From assembly GCF_001194135.2 (NCBI RefSeq), contig NC_068981.1, forward strand, positions 109,032,833 through 109,076,522: a DNA stretch of 43,690 nucleotides, read 5' to 3'. The first letter of the stretch is position 1, and the number at the start of each line of letters is the position of its first letter. Source of the DNA: Octopus bimaculoides (taxonomy: Eukaryota). Under the pieces are notes generated by a model, which saw only the letters and a list, made by a program, of their open reading frames with translations, was not told the DNA's origin and did not search any database. Of this stretch, positions 24,661 through 37,297 are shown one piece after another. A program made the translations under genes and the position numbers.

Positions 24661-25459
24661 CAGATTTCAGTAAAACTGTCAGCTATTTGATAAAATCATA
24701 TTTAAGTCGTAGGTGGATGTTTGTACATTAAACAGTTTGATCTAAATATACAATTCATATGAAATAAACATATCAGCCTCTGGCAGATGAGAAATTCTTT
24801 GTAATAATAATAAACAAACATAAAATTGTGTTGTTGTAGAATGAATATGTTGAATATAGGTGTATATTACATCCACACATGTACACAAAATAGACGTTAT
24901 ATTCCATTTCAACAGGTTCTAACTTACAGCATTCTGTTACTGAGAGTTTGATATTCATGCCGTTTCAAAAACGTCAGAATGAACGCATGCGGTTTTATCA
25001 GCGTGCTTCATCGAAACACTGAGGGAAGAATATATTTTACCAGCCTCATGCGAGGATTATCAAAGGACACGGATATGAAACTTTGAGTTGAACGAAAACT
25101 ATAAACTATAATTCTATGTACTAAATATTTATTCCAACAGACATATTGCGCTTTACTTTATTTTGTAGAATTTTCGTGGATGTAATAAACCTTACACACA
25201 CATTACTGGCTATATGTACTTATCACGTATACAACAAAATCGTGCAAAAAGTAAAAGCGAACTCAATATTATATNNNNNNNNNNNNNNNNNNNNNNNNNN
25301 NNNNNNNNNNNNNNNNNNNNNNNNNNNNNNNNNNNNNNNNNNNNNNNNNNNNNNNNNNNNNNNNNNNNNNNNNNNNNNNNNNNNNNNNNNNNNNNNNNNN
25401 NNNNNNNNNNNNNNNNNNNNNNNNNNNNNNNNNNNNNNNNNNNNNNNNNNNNNNNNNNN

Positions 25460-25502
<43 letters not shown>

Positions 25503-27160
25503 AGAGAGAGAGAGAGAAAGAGAGAAAGAGAGAGATACCGACGACGACTAGCATATTTATTTTTAATATGCTTCGTCAGGTTCGAACGTTAATATGCTAA
25601 TCGCTGTGGTGCTTCATCATTGGAAAACAACTTCATAACACACTCGATTCATTAACGTAAGTGAAGTATATTGAATGATGATACTGTGTGTGGAGCTCGA
25701 ATTCACCATTGGCAGTCGTACACAAGAATTACTCTGTGGGGGAGGGTGAAAAATAAATTCTAAAATAAATGCTTTGTTGTGTATGCAGTTTCCCGGGTGA
25801 CTAATTCACAGTTGTTAATACAGTCTGGCTAAAATTCAATTGCTGTCGAAGTAAAAATGGAAGATTGAATACATTTCTACAGATGAGCATATATGCATAT
25901 ATATGTGCGTGACTATGTGTATGTGCGAATATATATGTCTGTGTATCTATTTGTGTGTGTGTGTATGTGTATGTGTGCGTGTGTGCGTGTTTTAATCATA
26001 AGCAATGTTTTATCAAAAATTCATTGATTTTTTTAATATATTAACACTTGAAACAATCACTTTAAAGATTTCTATTCTAGGTGACCTGATTGCGTTCCTA
26101 CGAACAGGTAACTCCAGGCCATATCAATATATTTGTGTGTGTGTGTGTGACATTTTATTCAAGAATGTGTTCGTAGTTTTGTTGAAAGTATATATTATGC
26201 GTTACTTTTGCTGTTAGTGTTGTTTACTGGAAAGGAAGTGCATCGCTTTTTTTGTTTAGTTTTATTTTTAGTTTTTTTTATATAAACATTTAATTATCGT
26301 CAGGTTCAGTGAAATGCTTGGTTTAAAAATACTCCGTGTCTGATTTTTTGTGCATTTATATTTGGTTTCTTAACAAAATATGTATTTGTTTGTGCTATAA
26401 TAATCTGTAAGTCACTTGTTTTGTTTATTTATACATGTGGATTGCACTTAATTGTTTCTCCGAGCTGGATGGTGATTTAGACTATCAGAAGATAGGTATC
26501 ACCCTCCTGTCCAGTCCAAATAAACCAAGACAAGAGACATATAGTTTGTAACAAAAAATAAATGAGTCTCTTTGCTAGAAAATTAGGTTATATCAGATGG
26601 AGTATTTTTAAACAAAATATACATTTCGCCACATTTACCGTCAAATTAGATACAGTTATATAAAAACCGGAAAATTAGTTGCTCTCTTTCACATGAGCCT
26701 AATACCAAAAATATCACGCATGCAATATTTTAAACTAAGACTACATAGCTAAAACCATAATGAATGAGATAGACACATTCAATTTATTATCGATCGCTAT
26801 GCAAAATAGAAATTTATATATGACACAAGAAAAAGCTGTACAAAGATAGGAGAGGTTTGAAAATGCAGCTCAGAAATGGGTTTCAATATATTATTTTCCT
26901 GAATTATTTAAATTCTAAATAGGAAAACACTGGAAAGTAATAATGAAATCGTCTTTAAAATCAGACATTAGACCAACAGCAGATTGACCCATCACAATAG
27001 TTGCGCACATGATATTAACGTACATTTGTTTGAAGGGCGTAACATAAGACAACAAGAATCAACGGCCAGTATTTCTTCAAATTTTGAAAGACCAATGGTG
27101 TGAGTGAATTTCGAAATCTACTTTTTAATAATTGGTGGATGCAAAAATATCAATGAATGA

Positions 27161-27162
27161 AT

Positions 27163-27236
<74 letters not shown>

Positions 27237-27250
27237 GCGTGTGTGTGTGT
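27161..27250. repeat. (TG)n microsatellite
   Basis: Directly visible. Confidence 0.97.
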
Positions 27251-29680
27251 TTGCATTTATTCATTTCAATTCTGCTTCAGTTTTACTCGACATTATGAAG
27301 AATATTTACGAAACGCTTTTATTATCCCGTTTACGTCGTTTTAATGAAATAAAAACAAACACTTCCTTTGTTGCATATTGAATAAGACATTCTCGAGTTC
27401 TGGCTCTTATATATAGTATACAATGTTCAGAACACCGACTTAAAATAACCATGTGTGTATCATGTTTAATGTATATACACCTTAAAAGGTGGTTTTTGTG
27501 AAAGAAAATATTTTCGTAGACATGCGTTAAAAACATGGTGTATATCTGTGTCAGGTGAACATCACCTCGTGACTCACGAGAACGACAAGCATGTTTCGGC
27601 CTTTTTTGGCCCTGTCAATGATATGTGCTCAGTCGTCACGTGCCTAAACCATTTTCTCCCCTCCGGCACACAGAGAACAGGGAATAATACATACACTGAT
27701 ATTATTGAAAAGATTGCTGGGTTGAGTAAAAACTCGGTGTACGTAACTTAACAGCATATGACGACTGTGTACAAGTCTTTGACAATGTCCAGTGAGGTAA
27801 AAATGTGTTTGACGTTCTTGTAAATCACTACTGGGATGATGTTCCCCTCGCTCTAATATATATTGTGATTTTTAACACTTTCATGAAGGGATATTCTCTT
27901 AGACAAAAAGGCAGACAGTATCATATACACAAAGGCGTACATACGTTAAATATGATGCACAGATGGCTATTTTAATTTAATGCAGCTTCATTCATCTGCA
28001 CTAAGTTATATATTTCTTCGTTTAGTTGTTTTCATACTCCTTTACGAACACGAACTCAGGTTCGGCCTTGATACTATTTGAATAGATATGCACATAGTTC
28101 GGTGGAATCTCTTGAAATTTGTTATTTAGGTTATTTTCGATGATAAAATCTAGTGTGACTGGCCATTTCAATTGGTTGAATGATGAAAGCTGAATTTGTG
28201 GTTGTTACCTTAACCTTTTTGCTAGTGCGTAATTAGGACATGGTGTTTTGAGACCTGTTGAAAACGAGAGATTAAACTGTAGCATGGGGATGACTGTGGT
28301 TACACGGGACACCTTTCAATGCTGTGATGATCATTTAAAAGAGATTTACCTTACACTTTCATTGATTATTATCTGGTAGTCAGGAGCGTCTGAAGAATTT
28401 GCCTACCCCTCCAGCTGTTGAGTTTGTTGAGTTTTTCCATGTTGAACCGCATATTAAAACCCGACTACGTTGTTTTAATATGTGGTTTACTGCTACGTCG
28501 TAGCGGTAAAGCGATACCCTTGAACGCATAAATCTACTTGTAATGCTGTTGCCACTGCTACTCAAAATAGTGTAGGTTCGCATTTTAATAAGGAGAATTT
28601 CTGTTTAATTCTGTTGGTGATTGTTTGAAGGCTGTACCATAGCCAGTACAACAGCAGAACACACTCCTGAGTTATTCACAGGATGGCCAATGTGAGATGA
28701 TATGAGTTTTTGTTAAAATCTTTTGTTGGCTAATAACGTTCATGGTGAACAGGTCTACAGACATTTTCTGGGCTGAATTGGAACATATGGATCAAGACCA
28801 TTAACCTCACAAAGATTCCTCTGAACAACATCGCCTGAATGTCACCGTTGGTTGATGTGAAACTTTTTTCCCGAAACTACACATCCCTCATGCCGCTTTA
28901 CATGGCTTAATCTATAATCCTAGGCCAGGTTATTGTCATGTACTATACTTTGTCAAAAGATAGGCTATATTTAGTCAAGAACATATTTCCATATTCGCCG
29001 ATAACCCCAGTATCTAGAGCCTATCCATTATCTGGATGCACATCACCACCTGGAGAGAAGTTCTCACTCCCAATCTTACCCATGTGGTCTAGTTGTCAGG
29101 ATTCCTGAATGTGTCAAGTCCCAGAAATAATTAATAACCAATCAAAAAAACAAGTACATAAATGATAATAACAAAGAAAATATGTGGGTGCTAATTAAGG
29201 AAAGGACAGATAAGACAGCGAATAAATAAATACATTCACAGAAACTCTAATTATCAGCTTTGTATGCAGTCACACACATTTGGACATGTCTTACAGTATC
29301 AGCAATTAAGCTTGATCTTTGATGACTTTAAAGCTGATAATTATAATTATCATTTATTTATTCATTTATTCGTTGGTTAACTCGTCCTTGACTTCATTAA
29401 CACTCACGCAATTCCTGTTTAGTTATAATTCAGGTATTTATTATTGATTGATAGTTGTGGAGGATACGGTGGGTGGTTGAGTAGCTGGGTAGGTTAAGGT
29501 AGAATTTCTGCATGGAGGACATTTCTCTGCTCGAACACATAAACGCACCTATATATACACGTGTGTGTGTGTACTAACACTTTATATATACATACATATA
29601 TGCGAATGTGTGTATACACATTTGTACATGTATTAGTATATATGTGTATGTATCTCCTCCGCCCCCTTTCTCTCTCACAC

Positions 29681-29681
<1 letters not shown>

Positions 29682-29768
<87 letters not shown>
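29682..29768. repeat. (TA)n(GA)n compound microsatellite
   Basis: Directly visible. Confidence 0.97.
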
Positions 29769-29771
<3 letters not shown>

Positions 29772-29867
29772 TCAATTCAAAGAAGGAAAAACACAGAAAA
29801 ACAGAAAAAACAAACGTGAGGACGTACACAAGCAATATATTAATTTGACGCTCCATGAAGGAAGAGA

Positions 29868-29907
29868 GTTGTTAACGTTTCGAGCATAGCTTTTCGTTGG
29901 AAACAGG
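29868..29907 (-). ncRNA. Degenerate minimal hammerhead-ribozyme-like motif (Penelope pLTR type)
   Basis: Minus strand reads tgttt-CCAACGA-A-aagc-tat-gctc-GAAAC-GTT-aaca, against the core CUGANGA-stem II-GAAAC-GUH. Three or more core or stem mismatches. Confidence 0.4.
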
Positions 29908-31069
29908 AAAGTCCAAAGAGAAACAAGGAAAAATAAGGAAAAATCGCCAACAGTTCACGTGCGGTTACATTATAAATATATATTTATATANNNNNNNNNN
30001 NNNNNNNNNNNNNNNNNNNNNNNNNNNNNNNNNNNNNNNNNNNNNNNNNNNNNNNNNNNNNNNNNNNNNNNNNNNNNNNNNNNNNNNNNNNNNNNNNNNN
30101 NNNNNNNNNNNNNNNNNNNNNNNNNNNNNNNNNNNNNNNNNNNNNNNNNNNNNNNNNNNNNNNNNNNNNNNNNNNNNNNNNNNNNNNNNNNNNNNNNNNN
30201 NNNNNNNNNNNNNNNNNNNNNNNNNNNNNNNNNNNNNNNNNNNNNNNNNNNNNNNNNNNNNNNNNNNNNNNNNNNNNNNNNNNNNNNNNNNNNNNNNNNN
30301 NNNNNNNNNNNNNNNNNNNNNNNNNNNNNNNNNNNNNNNNNNNNNNNNNNNNNNNNNNNNNNNNNNNNNNNNNNNNNNNNNNNNNNNNNNNNNNNNNNNN
30401 NNNNNNNNNNNNNNNNNNNNNNNNNNNNNNNNNNNNNNNNNNNNNNNNNNNNNNNNNNNNNNNNNNNNNNNNNNNNNNNNNNNNNNNNNNNNNNNNNNNN
30501 NNNNNNNNNNNNNNNNNNNNNNNNNNNNNNNNNNNNNNNNNNNNNNNNNNNNNNNNNNNNNNNNNNNNNNNNNNNNNNNNNNNNNNNNNNNNNNNNNNNN
30601 NNNNNNNNNNNNNNNNNNNNNNNNNNNNNNNNNNNNNNNNNNNNNNNNNNNNNNNNNNNNNNNNNNNNNNNNNNNNNNNNNNNNNNNNNNNNNNNNNNNN
30701 NNNNNNNNNNNNNNNNNNNNNNNNNNNNNNNNNNNNNNNNNNNNNNNNNNNNNNNNNNNNNNNNNNNNNNNNNNNNNNNNNNNNNNNNNNNNNNNNNNNN
30801 NNNNNNNNNNNNNNNNNNNNNNNNNNNNNNNNNNNNNNNNNNNNNNNNNNNNNNNNNNNNNNNNNNNNNNNNNNNNNNNNNNNNNNNNNNNNNNNNNNNN
30901 NNNNNNNNNNNNNNNNNNNNNNNNNNNNNNNNNNNNNNNNNNNNNNNNNNNNNNNNTATATATATATATATGCTTATGTACATATATGCATATGTACATG
31001 CATGTGTGTGTACATGTGTGTGCGTGTAAAAATATATAGATGCCTCAATGTATGATACCCTCACAGGTA

Positions 31070-31225
31070 CCAGTATAACTGTGTGGTTAAGAAGCTTCCA
31101 CTGCAATAACGACGTTCCGAATGGGTTCGACCCCACTGAGCGGCAAATTGGGTTACTGTAATGTCGAGTTGATGACTACTTTGTGAGTGGAATTTGATAG
31201 ATGGAAACTGCAAGTAGTCTGTCCT
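31070..31225 (+). mobile_element. Old, degenerate tRNA-derived SINE (family A head)
   Basis: ctgtgtggttaagaagctt...gggttcgacccc (A/B-box-like)...ttgtgagtggaatttgatagatggaaactg, then a (TG)-rich tract. Confidence 0.65.
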
Positions 31226-31846
31226 CTGTGTGTGTGTGTGTGTGTGTGAATTTATATCTGTGCATTTCTGTGTATGTATTTGTGTGTATGCGTGTGTGTG
31301 TATGCGTATGTATGTGTACGTGCGTGTGTTTGTACGTGTGTGTACGTGTGTGTGTGCGTCTGTGTATTTGTGTGTCTGTGCATATGTGTGTGTATTTGTG
31401 TGTGCTTGTGCGTGTGTGTATTTGTGTGTGTGTGTGTTTGTTTGTGTGAAGGCGCGCGCGCGTGTCTGTGTGTGTGTGTGTGTTTGTGTGTGTGCCGGAC
31501 TTTTGTTTATGTTTTACAAAAACAAAACAAACTACATCTGTATGATGTTTCAATCGCTATTGATTCTGAATTATAAGATAAGTTCGATTATAGCAATATT
31601 GTTTTGGTTCAATATCCCCATATGCTAGGAATCTCTCAAACCTATTAAATTTTTATATCAATCCAGACAACAAACATAGACTATTGTGATGGCCAAGTGT
31701 TTAAGAGTTGTTTGCGTGGGAATGAAATGACCAACTGTCGAGATCATTTATGAAACGTGATCCCTGAGGAGCAGCTTCGGTTAGAGTTAGGCATAGATTT
31801 CTATCATTCAGATTATACACAGAAACGCACGCGCACACACATAGAA

Positions 31847-31861
31847 GGATAGATAGATAGC

Positions 31862-31946
<85 letters not shown>

Positions 31947-31947
31947 G

Positions 31948-32007
<60 letters not shown>
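31847..32007. repeat. (GATA)n microsatellite (tail of the adjacent RTE 3' end)
   Basis: Directly visible. Confidence 0.98.
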
Positions 32008-32008
<1 letters not shown>

Positions 32009-32385
32009 TCGTGGTTATCCCTCAAGATCGAGGCTGATGTGGATTTTCCTTGTTTTTTTTGTATAGTTATTGGTGGATTCTGTGGTGACTGATGAGTCCA
32101 ATTCTTGCTTGGAAGTTCCTTCCACAAGTGGGATAGATGGTTCCAGTTAGAAAGTCCTTTCTTGGTTGTCCTTGTTTCTTTTTTCTGCCCCTCATCTTTT
32201 CTTTTCGTTCAGCAATCCTACTGGTCTCAAAAGTTGTTAGTCACTCTTTTGTGATGAATTTCCACCATTCTCAATCCTGAGCATTTCTCTCTCATTTCAA
32301 TATTACATTTCTTGAAGATGGCTTTCAGAACATCTTTGAATCTTCTCTTTTGTCCTCCTTTTCTTCGGGATGTGGGGTTTAGGGA
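32008..32385 (-). mobile_element. RTE-clade LINE 3' terminal fragment with one C2H2 finger
   Basis: RRKGGQKRRFKDVLKA; GTIYPTCGRNFQARIGLISHHRIH; ends ...gagggataaccacga followed by (CTAT)n, similar to the ...acaaccacga end at 20177. Confidence 0.82.
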
Positions 32386-33410
32386 GGATATAGGGTGGAG
32401 TGAAGATGTGGGGTAGGTGAGGATGTAGGGATGGGGGTGATAATGTGGGGATGGAGGTGTGGGGATGGACGTGTGGGGATAGGGGTGGAGTATGTGGGAG
32501 TGGGATGATTGGGGGTGAGGGTGAATGGAGGGTATCAATGAAGAGAGAAGGTGGGTAGGAGTGAAGAGAGGAAGTAGGTATCAGATGAAGAGAGAAGAGG
32601 ATGGGAGTCAGATGAAGAGGGGTGTGGAGGGGAGCCCATGTGACGCAAAGGAGCGAAGAAAGAAGATTAATTCTTGTTCACGGCGAAGACAGGGTTCTGG
32701 ATGGCCTCAGTACAAAGACAATCCGAACGCAGACAGGTGTTGTATTGAATGACCAGTAGAGCGAAAATGGCACGAGACCGGGGTGTCATTGCTGAGTCTA
32801 ATGTCTCGGAGGTGCTCCACGAACCGGTCAGCCAAGTGGAGGTTTACATACAAATGAATATGAGAAAACAGGCATGGAAAGACCAATAAATGGAACGGCC
32901 AAACAAAGAAGCTTACAAAGAAGCTAGAGAAGGGCAGAAGGAGCAGGAGATGCAGTGAATGACGTTGCTAGAGGTGCATGTAAAGGAGGCAGTGATATGA
33001 TAAGGATGATGATGGGTGCCGGTGAGGATGGTCGTGTTGAAGAGGTAGCGGCAAGTGCGGCAGCGTCGGCGGGAGCAGGGGAACGAACCAGGTTGGGAGG
33101 TGGGGTTAGGGAAGAAACTGTGGACCAGGAGGTCACGTAGATTATGGGCGCGTTTGAAGGAGGGAAGAGGTAGTTTGGGGAAGATGTGCGAAGTGGAGGA
33201 GTCGGACTGGAGTCGCCGGACGGCTCGGAGAATGGTGCGTTGGAGGAGCAGGGTGGAGGGGTGGTAGTTGAGGGGAAACAGGAGACAGGCAACGACGGTG
33301 AGGGTGCGGAGAGAGAGAGCAGGGGCACGGTCCACGGGCGTGCTCTGGCAAGGGCTGCGTGGAGAGTGGCGAGGGGATATCCGCGAAGGATGAAGTGACG
33401 AGCCGTGAGT
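32386..33410 (-). mobile_element. Penelope-like element 3' fragment (Cys-rich linker, GIY-YIG endonuclease, C/T-rich tail), probably Neptune-type
   Basis: PLNYHP...LQSDSSTSHIFP..P..SFKRAHNLRDLLVHS; FPCSRRRCRTC; FTCTSSNVIHCISCSFC; downstream frameshifted DRFVEHLRDIR...VSCHF. Confidence 0.88.
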
Positions 33411-34144
33411 TGTTATATAACCATCATATCACGTTTTTTTCTCCAAAATAACACATATATTATAGGATACCTAGTAATAAATATCGCTCCATTTGGAAGC
33501 TAGCGTACACAAGGATGTAAAGTCTGCAGTAATCTTTTTTTAATTCTTTTAGTCGTTTTAGCTTAAGTTATTTCATAGGTATTTCACACATATTTCATAC
33601 ATATTTGTGGTTCGTAAAACTAACAATAAACTTCATAGATTTTATTTATTTGTCAATTAATATTTCCTTCTAAAAATACACGTCACTGCACAAAGATTGC
33701 TCAAGGATATTGTGTAAACAAAAGAAATGTTCTCCTGTATAATATGACATTTGAGGTATTTTTTCGTTCTTGTAACGATTAAGTATAACAATCAATGAAC
33801 GTCGGTAGTCACCAATTTGTAACGGTTAAGTATAACGATAGTATACACCGAATAAATGAGAGAAGAACAATATCAATTAATTGTTGAGTGGCCCCGTATT
33901 TATATCGGTATTATTTTCTTTACAATGTAGAAGACAACTTCATATGGGTGAAGTTGTACTGACTACGAGAGAGAGAAAGTGTAAGAGAATCTAGGCAGAA
34001 AGAAAAAGTAGGATCTGTATTGTCCCTCGTATAAAGACGCTTCCTCCATCGGCACCGGAAGAAAGAAAAGAGAAAGATGCTCCTTATCCTTAGGCTAAAT
34101 GACCAAAGACAGACAGAACTGATTTTTGGTTTATTCTTACACAC

Positions 34145-34740
34145 TTTCACTTGTTTCAGTCAGTTGACTGCGGCCTTGCTGGAGCACCGCCTTTAGTCGA
34201 ACAAATCGACCCCAGGACTTATTTTTTGTAAGCTTAGTACTTATTCTGTCGGACCCTTTTGCCGAACCGCTAAGTTACAGGGACGTAAACACACCAACAT
34301 CGGTTGTCAAGCGATGGTGAGGGGACAAACACACACACATATATATACATACAACGAGTTTCTTTCAGTTTCCTATTTCTTTACTGCCCACAAGGGGCTA
34401 CACACAGAGGGGACAAAACAAGGACAGACAAACGGATTAAGTCGATTATATCGACCCCAGTGCGTAACTGGTACTTATTCAATCGACCCCGAAAGGATGA
34501 AAGGCAAAGTCGACCTCAGCGGAATTTGAACCCAGAACGTAACGGTAGACGAAATACTGCTAAGTATTTCGCCCGGCGGGCTAACGTTTCTGCCAGCTCG
34601 AGCTTCTTTCAGTTTCCATCTACCAAATCCACTCACAAGGCTTTAGTAGAAGACACCTGCACAAGGTGCCACGCAGCGGGACTGAACCCGGAACCATGTG
34701 GTTGGGAAGCAAGCTTCTTACCACCCAGCCACGCCTGCGC
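34145..34740 (-). mobile_element. tRNA-derived SINE (family A), full length, interrupted by a family-B SINE
   Basis: Head gcgcaggcgtggctgggtggtaag (A-box TGGCNNNNTGG) and B-box GGTTCAGTCCC; internal (TG)/(TA) run; 3' module ending gactgaaacaag. Confidence 0.92.
34374..34600 (-). mobile_element. tRNA-derived SINE (family B) nested insertion
   Basis: cgagctggcagaaacgttagc head, B-box GGGTTCAAATTCC; flanked by duplicated ttctttcagtttcc at 34360-34373 and 34604-34617. Confidence 0.9.
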
Positions 34741-35234
34741 ATTTATATTCTCTCTAGCTAAATTAGGTCAGGATAGACAAAGGATTTTTTCCTCTCTAAT
34801 CAGCCGTCACCAATGTTTGACTTGATAAGGTTAAGAAGTCAGTTTACTCTCATAAATTTCTTAGTGCAACAGGTGAAAACTATAGTCAGAGGACCAGCAG
34901 GAAAATGTGGATTCGATTTCGAATTCTACCTTTGACATTTGGAATTCATTCGTTACATTCTAAAACAAAATAATAGACTACATCAGAGGAATTAAAGGTG
35001 AAGTAAGCTTCGAGTTTTAAATTTTGAATTATGAACAAATATTTAGAGTAATTCACTTGACAAGATTTTACTATGTATTTACAAGTTTCAAATATTGATC
35101 CAGATAACAGATAAAATAAAAGTTTTCGTTTAGATCACATATTAATACCTTAATATTGGTTAATAACAATAGCTAGTTAAGGATTATATACATACACAAC
35201 GATTTAAATCATATATATACACATATCTTAATAA

Positions 35235-35780
35235 TAATAGGCTAACGCTCTTCAAAACAGTTCTGACACTAAATACAGATTCTGCAATAAATTTGATGAA
35301 TCAATAAGCCATCTCGTCTCGGGATGTCCTATGCTGACACCAAACGAATACAAAGATCGCCATGATAGGATATGACAATATTTACATTGGAAAATGTATA
35401 AACTCTACAAAATCAGCACTCCTGCTTACTAGTATGAACAACATCCTGAGCCGGTCGTTGAAGGTAAAAATGTCAATATCCTCTGGGATTTTCCAGTCAA
35501 CACCGACAGAATGATTCAGGCTAATCAACCAGACATAGTCATTAAAGACAGGGAGGAAAATACTTATAGACTAATAGATGTAAGTGTTCCCACTGATAAA
35601 AAAATATCTGTAAAGGAATTTGACAAATTAAGTAAATATAAGGACCTGGAAATTGAAATACAAAAGATGTGGCATCTTAAAGCGAGAACTGTTCCTGCTA
35701 TTGTGGGTGCCCTAGGTATGATAAGAAAGGGATGTTAGAAGCATCTAGATAATATCCCAGGAGAATCATGTCTCAGAACC
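35235..35780 (+). mobile_element. R4/Dong LINE fragment, subfamily D (CCHC to RLE)
   Basis: RHDRI; ILWDFPVNTDRMIQANQPDIVIKDREENTYRLIDVSVP...KYKDLEIEIQKMWHL; preceded by aataataat. Confidence 0.9.
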
Positions 35781-35945
35781 TAGTGAAATATAAGATGTAG
35801 AATTTTAACATTCAGACTGACAGAGTAATAGAAGCTGATTTAGTAGTGGTAGTAGACAAAGAGAATAGAAAGTGCCAGATAATTGACTTTACAATCCCAA
35901 ATGATGAGAAAGTATATATGGGAGGTATAGAGAAAATGAGAATAT
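35781..35945 (+). mobile_element. R4/Dong RLE scrap, subfamily C, joined directly to the previous fragment
   Basis: NFNIQTDRVIEADLVVVVDKENRKCQIIDFTIPNDEK; matches the 15370-15500 region in reverse. Confidence 0.8.
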
Positions 35946-36427
35946 ATGTAAACATTACTAGCCAAACCTTTATAAAAGCATTAGAAATTACTTCCTTTGG
36001 AATCTTTAAACGACCCGACCATTTGGAAACATTACACAAAGGTTCAACATAAAGCGATAAATTACATTAGCAGCTAAAATACATATTTCACAGTGGGCCT
36101 GTTTTTGTCTGTAATTCACTGTAATATGGATTAAGTAATAAAGTTAAGTAATGCGTCAAAAACCTTTGTTGAACTAGTCTTTTTTTTTTGTTAAACAGAG
36201 CACAATTGGCTTATGAGATCAAAAGATTGTTTCGATTTTTTATTCTTTCTTATAATGGTTTTAGTCATTAAAGTACTGCATCAGCTGGGCCATCGCTTGC
36301 AAGAGTCGATTACATTGAACCCAAGACTTAATGTAATACTTCTTTTATTGAAATATATTTTTCGAATAAGTTTACTTTTGAAGTAAAGAAAGTATTTGTC
36401 CTCGACGCGCACAAACATACATGTATA

Positions 36428-36430
36428 CAT

Positions 36431-36522
<92 letters not shown>
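36428..36522. repeat. (CA)n(TA)n(TG)n alternating purine-pyrimidine tract
   Basis: Directly visible. Confidence 0.97.
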
Positions 36523-36526
<4 letters not shown>

Positions 36527-36890
36527 ACGACCGTGCGAACTTAAAAAGGAGAAATGGTGACGAATGGAAAAACAGGACTCCTTTTATTTAAAACGCGTCA
36601 CACGGTCGAACACAAAATATATATCAAAGATGATATACAAATATGTTATACTACGATAACATAAATAGCCAGTAAAGGAAGACGATAAACACAACCGTAT
36701 GAGATGAATAACAGAATTATTTATTGTGTCGTTAAAATGTATGTCTGTGTGTGAGTGTGAATGCGACATATTAAAACATAATAAAAGACAGGCCGTCGTA
36801 TAAAGAAAAGAGTGTGTGTAAGTGATACATGTATGTGTATGCGTGATATTACAGCAGATAGAAAAAAGAGTCAGTAACACGTGTGAGCAT

Positions 36891-36995
36891 TTATACCAGT
36901 TCTTTGAGTACACAATAGGTAGAGTATGTATATGAAAGAAGTTGAGGCTGTGTGTGTGGCAGATCGATCACTAGTTGTGATGTTGTGGCTTCCAT
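36891..36995 (-). other. First-ATG short ORF (34 aa, MEATTSQLVIDLPHTQ...), either first coding exon or uORF of an unknown gene
   Basis: ATG in cggcATGG context; I found no other ATG in the ~305 nt between the Inr-like site and this codon; weak possible donor CTG|GTATAA at 36896. Confidence 0.3.
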
Positions 36996-37297
36996 GCCGG
37001 GCCGGGTTCTTGAAGATAGACGTTTATCGCAGGCTGAACTCTTGTCTGTTTATTTATCGTGGTGAAGCTGAAACACCCAACAGAATCGAAGAGAGAATAT
37101 GTGCCGCGGTTACTTGTTTGGACGCTGGTGTACGTAGAAAGTCGTGTTGACTATGGTTGGCGATGATGTTGGTTAGTAGTCGTAGACTCGTGTTGCTGAT
37201 GGCGACGCCGGTGGTAGTCGTAGCTGGACGAAGCTGTTGATGTAGTCGCTGGAATTGCTGCTGCTGCTGTGTGGTACACGGAACAGTCTCTAAGAGA

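Noticed and set aside
33770-33839. Two 23-nt near-identical repeats (ttgtaacgRttaagtataacRat) with 47-nt period, superficially CRISPR-like
   Set aside because: Only two units, eukaryotic context and no cas genes; most likely a small tandem duplication.
33930-34095. Protein-like stretch IVPRIKTLPPSAPEERKEKDAPYP
   Set aside because: In-frame stop upstream, no convincing splice pair and no recognisable family.
34660-34740. tRNA gene
   Set aside because: A/B boxes are present but run into a SINE body with no acceptor stem closure; it is a SINE head.
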